From: a virus
IMG/VR virus record: IMGVR_UViG_3300009092_000239
Location: 1 to 6,361 of that record
DNA length: 6,361 nucleotides
Direction: 5' to 3' (one strand)
The position numbers and the translations under genes were made by a program. Of this stretch, positions 1 to 4,911 are shown in pieces. Positions within the stretch are counted from its first letter, which is position 1. Each line of letters begins with the position of its first letter. The notes under the pieces were generated by a model. The model had not been told where the DNA came from and searched no databases. It was given only the letters and a program-made list of their open reading frames with translations.

Positions 1-123
1 AAGATCATCTTTTGAAAATGCAGGGTGTTCATGGCATTCATCATAAATAAGGACTGCACCATTGGGTAAGTCACGCCAATCAAAAGGTTTATCCTGTGCT
101 GAAGTAATAGCAATTACGCCTGG
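1..123. repeat. Terminal redundancy copy 1, identical to 6239-6361 (circular-genome overlap, not a biological repeat)
   Basis: Base-by-base comparison by eye shows 1-123 equals 6239-6361. The repeat lies inside the Zot-like coding sequence. Confidence 0.95.
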
Positions 124-249
124 ATAAGTACAACCAATAATATTTGTATAGATCCTTCTATGAGGTTCTTTTTTTGAAATTTTATCTATGACCTGCATGC
201 AATACAGTGTTTTTCCTGTACGAATTGGCGCAGAAACTACAATACTCAT
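1..249 (-). CDS. pI/Zot-like morphogenesis ATPase, N-terminal 83 codons; continues across the circular junction into 6238..5165 for 440 aa in total
   Basis: The ATG is at 249 (minus) with SD GAGGGG at 263..258. Manual translation gives MSIVVSAPIRTGKTLYCMQVIDKISKKEPHRRIYTNIIGCTYPGVIAITSAQDKPFDWRDLPNGAVLIYDECHEHPAFSKDDL. It contains a Walker A (AxxxxGKT: APIRTGKT) and a Walker B-like motif (VLIYDECHE). 249 nt is exactly 83 codons, so the frame joins 6238 in phase with the tracked ORF. Confidence 0.88.
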   Translation of the reverse strand, partial: MSIVVSAPIRTGKTLYCMQVIDKISKKEPHRRIYTNIIGCTYPGVIAITSAQDKPFDWRDLPNGAVLIYDECHEHPAFSKDDL

Positions 250-261
250 AATTATTACCCC

Positions 262-350
262 TCTGTCACATCGTCAGCGTCGCGCGGGCGGCAGGACGCG
301 CTTGCGCACATCCCACCGACCCCCGCCACGCTATCCGCTGCGCCCGATGA
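262..350 (-). other. GC-rich (about 79% over 277-346) structured element between the pVI-like stop and the Zot-like start
   Basis: I counted 55 G+C in the 70 nt of 277-346, against an AT-rich remainder. An imperfect inverted repeat pairs 10 of 12 positions: GCGTCGCGCGGG (277-288) with CCCCCGCCACGC (320-331). On the minus-strand RNA, 311..296 can form AUGUGC-GCAA-GCGCGU, a GNRA-tetraloop hairpin. Confidence 0.6.
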
Positions 351-621
351 CTACACGTGCTGTTTTTATATATGCGGCTATTGCGTATGCAGACAAAACC
401 ACTGAAATAGCTTGATCAACCTTATAAAGTTGGATGAAAGCAAGCATGTACGAAGGAAGCCCAAAAAATGCATTTTGGACTTGGTCTCTAGCAGTCGAAA
501 CAAGTTCATTCACAAAATAAAATGAAATGATCGACAAGCCAGTTGAAACGAAAAGTCGGAAAATAAGACTAGAAATTAAGTAGCTTGCAAACCAAGCTAA
601 TAAAGGGCCTAAAGCTGGCAT
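331..621 (-). CDS. pVI-like minor coat / membrane protein (96 aa, very hydrophobic)
   Basis: It sits between the adsorption-protein and pI/Zot genes, as gene VI does in Ff. It has multiple hydrophobic segments. The ATG at 621 lies 1 nt after the pIII-like stop (TAATATG), with SD GAGGG upstream. The last roughly 8 codons run into the GC-rich patch. Confidence 0.6.
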   Translation of the reverse strand: MPALGPLLAWFASYLISSLIFRLFVSTGLSIISFYFVNELVSTARDQVQNAFFGLPSYMLAFIQLYKVDQAISVVLSAYAIAAYIKTARVVIGRSG

Positions 622-622
622 A

Positions 623-2155
623 TTAAGCCCTCACCACAATGCCCGCTGCCATCATGTAAGCAAAGGCTAAAACTAGATAACCAATCCAAGAAGATTGAGC
701 GCAAAGATTCGCAAATGAGATAGATTTGTTAATAGTTCCGAAAGGTGTAGACCAATTAATTGGATAATCGTCAGGACAAACAGACCCACCAGTAGTGATA
801 AGACCAGTATTAAAAGATTGATTATTTAATTCTTTGGTCTCAATTTTTTCATGCTCATCACGTGGCAACTCACCACCAGTTAAAAAGTTTTTAATATCTG
901 TTAAGAGGTCATTTGTAGGACCCATATTGACCGCAGTTCCACCACCACCGACAGGCTTATTGTTAATCGCATTAACAACTTCATTAAGTTTGTTAGCAGT
1001 CGAATTGGTATTCGTATCTACAGCAGATTTAACACTGTTCGTTGCCGCTGTATTCGCTTCTACAGCCGTTTTTACCGTAGTTGCATTGGCATCTACAGCA
1101 GCTTTAACTTTGTCGCCATTTGCATTAACAGCAGCCGTTGTGGCTTTTACAGATTCATTAACCGTATCAAGCTTTTGATTAGTTATACCTAAAATACGAG
1201 AAACATTATTTACAGAGTTAACAATCTCATCTTTAACCCAAGTCAGTTTGTTATTTACAGCGTTAACAGCATCAAGAATCGACCTCAAAATCGTATTACT
1301 CTCAGGTGGTAGAGCTGGAGGTGGAGACGAAGCTGGTGGAGGATTGTTAGGGTCAATCGGCGGAGGTTCTGATGCCGAAGGTGGTTGCGGTATCGGGTCT
1401 GTAGGCGGTGGATTACTGTTTTTTACACAGATTTGTTTACCGTTAAATGTGCCCGGCACGTAATTTGAGCCACAACCAGTAGGCGGCATGTCGCAATAAG
1501 TTGCATTGTTAGAACAACCCGATTGAATAGGAGGTGGTGGCGTACCTTCAGGACAGTAAATAGAACCGTCAGCCATACGGTTACAACCATCATCAGGTGG
1601 TTTATAACAACCGCCATAAGGGTCTTTAGGGTCACATGAAGACTTTGAAAATTCAGGTGTACACGATGTACTAGGTATTTCACTAACAGAAGCATGAGTA
1701 ATGCTTTGATACTGACTACCAGAAATAACAATAGGTCTATTCTTATCCCCAGTCCATTCAGTAATACAATAACTTCCTTCAGGAGTTTTACTGCAAGTAC
1801 GCAACGGCACAGGGGTATTTGGATCAAAATAAATAGGAATCGGCCAACCAGATGCAGGACATTTAGTTGGTTCTTTTAGCTTGGATGTAAAACCCGGCAT
1901 AAGTTCAGAGTAAGGCCCCAGAGTACCTTTCATGTAATAGACACTACATTGAGTACCAGAGACGATCTGAGACGTTCTATATGAAGTTGTTGAAGTATCC
2001 CAACGTTTTTTACCCACAAGTTCACAAGCTACGGCAGCATCAAAACTGCCAAGACTTTCACCATATAATGTTGAATAAAACCACGGTTGAGCAGCAAAAA
2101 CCGAACAAGAAAAAATCGTTATTATTATAAAAATCAAATATCTAAAATAATGCAT
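623..2155 (-). CDS. pIII-like adsorption / minor coat protein (510 aa from ATG 2155; the track starts it at GTG 2200)
   Basis: ATG 2155 is preceded by GGGGG 7-8 nt upstream and yields a classic signal peptide (MHYFRYLIFIIITIFSCSVFA/AQ). A domain with 14 Cys follows, then a Pro-rich linker (1301-1411), an Ala/Val/Asn/Thr-rich periodic region (956-1285), a GGGG hinge and a C-terminal hydrophobic anchor (WIGYLVLAFAYMMAAGIVV). It is the largest structural gene and lies directly after the major coat gene. Confidence 0.78.
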   Translation of the reverse strand: MHYFRYLIFIIITIFSCSVFAAQPWFYSTLYGESLGSFDAAVACELVGKKRWDTSTTSYRTSQIVSGTQCSVYYMKGTLGPYSELMPGFTSKLKEPTKCPASGWPIPIYFDPNTPVPLRTCSKTPEGSYCITEWTGDKNRPIVISGSQYQSITHASVSEIPSTSCTPEFSKSSCDPKDPYGGCYKPPDDGCNRMADGSIYCPEGTPPPPIQSGCSNNATYCDMPPTGCGSNYVPGTFNGKQICVKNSNPPPTDPIPQPPSASEPPPIDPNNPPPASSPPPALPPESNTILRSILDAVNAVNNKLTWVKDEIVNSVNNVSRILGITNQKLDTVNESVKATTAAVNANGDKVKAAVDANATTVKTAVEANTAATNSVKSAVDTNTNSTANKLNEVVNAINNKPVGGGGTAVNMGPTNDLLTDIKNFLTGGELPRDEHEKIETKELNNQSFNTGLITTGGSVCPDDYPINWSTPFGTINKSISFANLCAQSSWIGYLVLAFAYMMAAGIVVRA

Positions 2156-2171
2156 AAATGAACCCCCACAT

Positions 2172-2246
2172 TCATTTAAGCAATCGCGATAAAGCGACAC
2201 ACATCACCACGACAATGATCCAATTCATCAAAGATTCATTACTCAT
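2172..2246 (-). CDS. Candidate 24-aa hydrophobic peptide (MSNESLMNWIIVVVMCVALSRLLK), not in the ORF track
   Basis: Manual translation. It fills most of the otherwise unexplained 110-nt gap between the coat stop (2266) and the pIII-like ATG (2155). It has a hydrophobic core and a basic C-terminus. The SD-like AGGGGA lies about 11 nt upstream, which is long spacing. Confidence 0.3.
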   Translation of the reverse strand: MSNESLMNWIIVVVMCVALSRLLK

Positions 2247-2265
2247 AATGATGTGCGTCCCCTAA

Positions 2266-2481
2266 TTAACGACCGAAAATACTAATGAGTTTTCGACCGC
2301 CAAAGATGACAACAGCAATACCTAATGCCCATAAATAACCAGCATTAATTGTCTCTTCAGAACCAGAGCCAGCAGTTGCTGTATTTACATCGGCAGCAGT
2401 TAAAGCAAAAACACCAGTTGATGCAGCAAGAGCAAAAGCAGCTACTACAGCAATACCTACAACACTTTTATTGATTCCCAT
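2266..2481 (-). CDS. Major coat protein, pVIII-like (71-aa precursor; the tracked ORF 2266..2538 is over-extended)
   Basis: The internal ATG at 2481 has the strongest SD in the window (AGGAGA, 7 nt upstream). The protein is MGINKSVVGIAVVAAFALAASTGVFA / LTAADVNTATAGSGSEETINAGYLWALGIAVVIFGGRKLISIFGR. That is a signal peptide followed by an acidic N-terminus, a TM helix and a basic C-terminus, the canonical inovirus coat layout. Confidence 0.85.
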   Translation of the reverse strand: MGINKSVVGIAVVAAFALAASTGVFALTAADVNTATAGSGSEETINAGYLWALGIAVVIFGGRKLISIFGR

Positions 2482-2485
2482 TGTT

Positions 2486-2671
2486 TTATCTCCTATCGAA
2501 AATGGAAAGCACTCTTCTTGCAATAAACACCATTGCAAAAACCTTGATTACGTACTTGAGAATCTCGTCCCGTGCTTCATTACTCAACTGGAGTAAACTA
2601 GCTGACTCAACACAACTGACACCGTATTGAACAGAGTCTATTATTTGTATTGTTTCGCACAGGTAAGCCAT
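2486..2671 (-). CDS. 61-aa coat-like small membrane protein (acidic N-terminus, one TM, basic tail; no signal peptide)
   Basis: The ATG overlaps the upstream 33-aa ORF stop (TAATG). The stop lies 2 nt before the coat ATG. The C-terminal tail RRVLSIFDRR resembles the coat tail RKLISIFGR. Its position corresponds to gene IX or VII in Ff. Confidence 0.45.
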   Translation of the reverse strand: MAYLCETIQIIDSVQYGVSCVESASLLQLSNEARDEILKYVIKVFAMVFIARRVLSIFDRR

Positions 2672-2772
2672 TACTTAATAATCCGAGATGGTCGTGACGT
2701 AAAATATTTAACAATAAAGTAAACATTTGAAATTAAACCAGTTAATACTAAATACCAGACTAGTATTGTCAT
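2671..2772 (-). CDS. 33-aa hydrophobic ORF, pVII/pIX-like minor coat candidate (MTILVWYLVLTGLISNVYFIVKYFTSRPSRIIK), not in the ORF track
   Basis: Manual codon-by-codon translation. SD GGGGA lies 7 nt upstream of the ATG at 2772. The stop overlaps the next ATG (TAATG). Size, hydrophobic N-terminus, basic C-terminus and position between the ssDNA-binding and coat genes match Ff gene VII (33 aa) and gene IX (32 aa). Confidence 0.5.
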   Translation of the reverse strand: MTILVWYLVLTGLISNVYFIVKYFTSRPSRIIK

Positions 2773-2828
2773 TAAGATATCCCCTGTGCTAACATCAAAT
2801 ATATTCTAAGTTATTGATTTATTTACAT

Positions 2829-2841
2829 ATTATACATTATA
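2829..2841 (-). promoter_or_regulatory. Two tandem consensus -10 hexamers (TATAAT g TATAAT on the minus strand) in the AT-rich gap upstream of the coat-gene block
   Basis: The reverse complement of 2829-2843 is CGTATAATGTATAAT. It lies in the only sizeable non-coding gap (2773-2869) of the structural operon. I found no convincing -35. Confidence 0.35.
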
Positions 2842-2869
2842 CGAAGTATTGTATATTTAACACTTTGTT

Positions 2870-3196
2870 TTATATAGCTTTCTTCGCACTAAAATCTAAC
2901 GATACCAATACAGCCTTTGGCGCTTTGCCTGTGAAATCCCAATCAAAGATCATTGCAGCTTCGGCTGGTAATTTCTGATGAATGTAATCATTAAAGAACT
3001 GAGCGCCTTTAATTTTGTAGTCAGTCGATTTAAGACCGATTGCGCCTTGTTCTTTTTCTTTGGCTGAATATTCTTGCAGTACAGTTACGACCGTATTTGA
3101 AAACGTAATTTGTTTACCTGATGTCTGGTCACTGAAATCGCCAGCGGATTTACGGATGCCCGTAACTGTCATAATTGGATGTTGTGAATTGTTCAT
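2870..3196 (-). CDS. pV-like ssDNA-binding protein candidate (108 aa)
   Basis: It lies immediately downstream of the replication gene. SD AGGTGA overlaps the rep stop, and the ATG is 8 nt after that stop. It is small, soluble and has no TM segment. Position and size match gene V or RstB-type proteins. The call is positional; I recognise no motif. Confidence 0.5.
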   Translation of the reverse strand: MNNSQHPIMTVTGIRKSAGDFSDQTSGKQITFSNTVVTVLQEYSAKEKEQGAIGLKSTDYKIKGAQFFNDYIHQKLPAEAAMIFDWDFTGKAPKAVLVSLDFSAKKAI

Positions 3197-3204
3197 TTGC
3201 TCAC

Positions 3205-4443
3205 CTATGCGATTTTGTAGTTGAACTGCGAAACTGGCTCTTCATACCAGTTTGGCAATTGTTGGTTGAAGTCGATTTCTACGAGCTTTACGAATGGAAT
3301 GATGTTTGATGCCTTCTCATCATGAAGGTTTTGCAAATATGCCTTTGAAAAGCCACATTCACACAATTGGGAAATTAGGTTATAAAACTGAGACTTACCG
3401 TAATTATTTTTAATTTCATCAAATCCTTTTTCACGGATAAGACAAAACATCGCGAATAAATTACGTACTTTAGTGTGGGAAACCTTGCCAGATTTGGTCA
3501 TTACAACTTCTGAGCGTTCAATTGTTTCAAGTACACTTGTATCGTCTGTTAATTTCATAGTTTGACCTCGCAAGGCTTCAAAAATGCTATGAGTAGCTTT
3601 GTTCCAGAGTGTTTGAAGTAAATCAGGGTTAGAACGTTGAAAATTAATTAATTCAAAGAGATTGGTAGGAATTCCATTACGTTCAAGCCAACGTTTTTTT
3701 AAACGTGATTCGAAACGTAAAAGACCGACAGTCCAGTTAATCAAATCCGAATTGGACATGACATCGACAACTCTTTGAGCTGCTTTATCGTTCTTCTTTG
3801 CGAGCATTTTATACTCTTCAAATTGAGCAATAAATTCGTCATGCTTCATATAACACTTGTGATTCACAAGTCTTGAAGTTTGACCTCCCCAATAGACTGA
3901 ACTGTCGAAACGCTTGTTACTCAAACGAGTCTGGCCATTACTGACATTACTCAAGAAATCCAGAACTTTTTTAGCCGTGTTCTGGTCTTTCAATCGTGCT
4001 GAGTAAGTCACATCGATATGTGAAACCCATGCACGAGGCCAATCTAGCATTCTTGCAAGAAGCGGATACGCCTCATGTAAGAAGCCGATCATTTCCATAG
4101 CACCCTGCTCTATATTGTCGCTTCCAAAGACGTTATGACCTTGAAGTAACTTTGCAGGCGAAGCCTTGATCTGTACAAAAGGTTCGAAACTGGAATCAAA
4201 AAATACTTTCATTGCCATACCTGTGTAATGAGTCGGAACCGACTCAAACGGATGGAATAGCGCAGCAGCAGAAATTGAGCCATCGTCATTCTTATGAACA
4301 GAACGAGACGCAAGCGGAATCTCAATAGAATGCAGATCAATATCTACAAAAAAATAACGCCCTTCCGCATCTACTGAGTAGAAGCTGGACTCAAAAGGCG
4401 CATTTATGCAAATATGATCCAACATGGTGTGACACCGTTGCAT
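3205..4443 (-). CDS. Rolling-circle replication initiator, pII / RstA-like (412 aa; the alternative start at M7 is position 4425)
   Basis: It is the largest non-structural ORF, the first gene of the operon, and is followed by the ssDNA-binding candidate. It contains VSHIDVTYSA and HKCYMKHDEF motifs, reminiscent of the hhRhDhxxD and xYdK(x)E motifs of gene II/Rep_trans-type initiators. That comparison is from memory, not a search. There is no obvious SD at either start. Confidence 0.75.
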   Translation of the reverse strand: MQRCHTMLDHICINAPFESSFYSVDAEGRYFFVDIDLHSIEIPLASRSVHKNDDGSISAAALFHPFESVPTHYTGMAMKVFFDSSFEPFVQIKASPAKLLQGHNVFGSDNIEQGAMEMIGFLHEAYPLLARMLDWPRAWVSHIDVTYSARLKDQNTAKKVLDFLSNVSNGQTRLSNKRFDSSVYWGGQTSRLVNHKCYMKHDEFIAQFEEYKMLAKKNDKAAQRVVDVMSNSDLINWTVGLLRFESRLKKRWLERNGIPTNLFELINFQRSNPDLLQTLWNKATHSIFEALRGQTMKLTDDTSVLETIERSEVVMTKSGKVSHTKVRNLFAMFCLIREKGFDEIKNNYGKSQFYNLISQLCECGFSKAYLQNLHDEKASNIIPFVKLVEIDFNQQLPNWYEEPVSQFNYKIA

Positions 4444-4500
4444 GTGACTGTATGTGGCATTTGTATCACAGTTGCTTGTGACAATGCAACAGTGTCACAA
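4426..4500. promoter_or_regulatory. Cluster of five TGTGA(C/T)A / TGTCACA motifs spanning the rep start and the divergent intergenic region; candidate operators
   Basis: The motifs are GGTGTGACACC (4426-4436, palindromic), TGTGACT (4443-4449), TATCACA (4464-4470), and a perfect 8-bp inverted repeat TTGTGACA (4476-4483)-N9-TGTCACAA (4493-4500). Confidence 0.5.
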
Positions 4501-4509
4501 TGATAAAAT
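4501..4509 (+). promoter_or_regulatory. Candidate extended -10 promoter element TGATAAAAT for the 62-aa plus-strand gene
   Basis: TG-n-TAAAAT lies 32 nt upstream of ATG 4541 and directly abuts the inverted repeat 4476-4500. I found no good -35. Confidence 0.3.
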
Positions 4510-4540
4510 ATAAGAATCAACGAGTTTAGAGACGCGTGAA

Positions 4541-4729
4541 ATGTCAAAGACGTATAGAGTTAAAACCGAATATGTGTCACTGATACAAAAAACACACATA
4601 GATTTTATTGTAAAAACAAGATTGCCGATTGATGAGGCCGATATCGTCAATGCCCTAATTGCAAAACACTTAAAAGATTTAAAACCAGAAGATGTTATTG
4701 CTTGGCAGCAAGAGTACAAAGAGAAGTAA
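4541..4729 (+). CDS. 62-aa putative transcriptional regulator (repressor-position gene; possibly ribbon-helix-helix-like)
   Basis: It is the only plus-strand ORF not antisense to a better gene, and it is divergent from rep like RstR-type regulators. Its predicted pattern is a short N-terminal strand (YRVKT), helix, turn and helix (ADIVNALIAKHLKDL). The fold assignment is an inference. Confidence 0.5.
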   Translation: MSKTYRVKTEYVSLIQKTHIDFIVKTRLPIDEADIVNALIAKHLKDLKPEDVIAWQQEYKEK

Positions 4730-4732
4730 AAT

Positions 4733-4775
4733 TCCGAAATATCGGACTAGAGTCCACCATTAGAAGACGTGGACT
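4733..4775 (+). other. Two small hairpins just after the regulator stop: TCCGA-aata-TCGGA (4733-4746) and AGTCCAC-N11-GTGGACT (4751-4775)
   Basis: Complementarity was read directly. GGACT (4744-4748), AGTCC (4751-4755) and GGACT (4771-4775) allow alternative pairings. No T-run follows, so this is not a canonical terminator. Confidence 0.4.
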
Positions 4776-4791
4776 CCCCCAACCTTTCAAA

Positions 4792-4889
4792 GATTCGCAT
4801 AATGCAGATTGATGTTAAAAAGCCCCGTGAGACTGGATAATCTTCTCACTGGGGCTTAGTAACATAATCTAGTGTCTATTATGCGAACT
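4792..4889. other. Candidate XerCD-dependent attP: two inverted dif-like sites able to fold into a forked hairpin in ssDNA
   Basis: Site 1 (plus) is GATTCGCATAA-TGCAGAT-TGATGTTAAAA (4792-4820). Site 2 (minus) is AGTTCGCATAA-TAGACACTAGA-TTATGTTACTA (4889..4857). For comparison, E. coli dif is GGTGCGCATAA-TGTATA-TTATGTTAAAT. Pairings are 4794-4803 with 4878-4887 (10 bp), 4812-4817 with 4860-4865 (6 bp), and 4820-4832 with 4844-4857 (13 bp, one bulge). Confidence 0.6.
4815..4857 (-). terminator. Rho-independent terminator of the long minus-strand operon
   Basis: The minus-strand RNA reads AAGCCCCAGUGAGA-AGAUUAUCCAG-UCUCACGGGGCUUUUUAA. It has a GC-rich stem of about 12 bp with one bulged A, an 11-nt loop and a U5 tract. 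It is the first such structure downstream of the Zot-like gene and the 29-aa ORF. Confidence 0.6.
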
Positions 4890-4911
4890 TTCAGACGCTA
4901 AAAAATGCTCA

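Noticed and set aside
1-123. Terminal 123-bp direct repeats as attL/attR or LTR-like biological repeats
   Set aside because: The repeat lies within a continuous coding frame of the Zot-like gene, and joining the ends restores an intact P-loop ATPase. This fits a circular-contig overlap.
188-415. Plus-strand 75-aa ORF (Arg/Pro-rich)
   Set aside because: It is antisense to the Zot-like N-terminus and the pVI-like C-terminus. Its odd composition simply reflects reading through the GC-rich patch, and it has no RBS.
834-1178. Plus-strand 114-aa ORF; also 1248-1463 (+), 1694-1879 (+) and 1423-1827 (-, alternative frame)
   Set aside because: All are shadow or alternative-frame ORFs inside the pIII-like gene. 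They have low-complexity Leu/Val/Gly-rich products and no start context, whereas the pIII frame has a signal peptide, anchor and domain logic.
2156-2200. GTG 2200 as the start of the pIII-like protein
   Set aside because: It has no convincing SD and adds 15 polar residues before a canonical signal peptide. ATG 2155 with an upstream GGGGG is preferred, but this is not proven.
2482-2538. N-terminal extension of the coat ORF (MQWCLLQEECFPFSIGDKT...)
   Set aside because: The extension overlaps the 61-aa ORF and would bury the signal peptide. The internal ATG at 2481 has a strong AGGAGA SD.
4443-4499. TGTGA...TCACA pairs as CRP (cAMP receptor protein) sites
   Set aside because: The half-sites match the CRP consensus, but the spacers are 18 and 13 nt rather than 6. 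A phage-encoded regulator is more likely.
4495-4719. Minus-strand 74-aa ORF
   Set aside because: It is antisense to the 62-aa regulator ORF. Its Cys/Ser/Phe-rich composition is implausible, it has no SD, and it would overlap the operator region. The plus-strand frame looks like a real helical protein.
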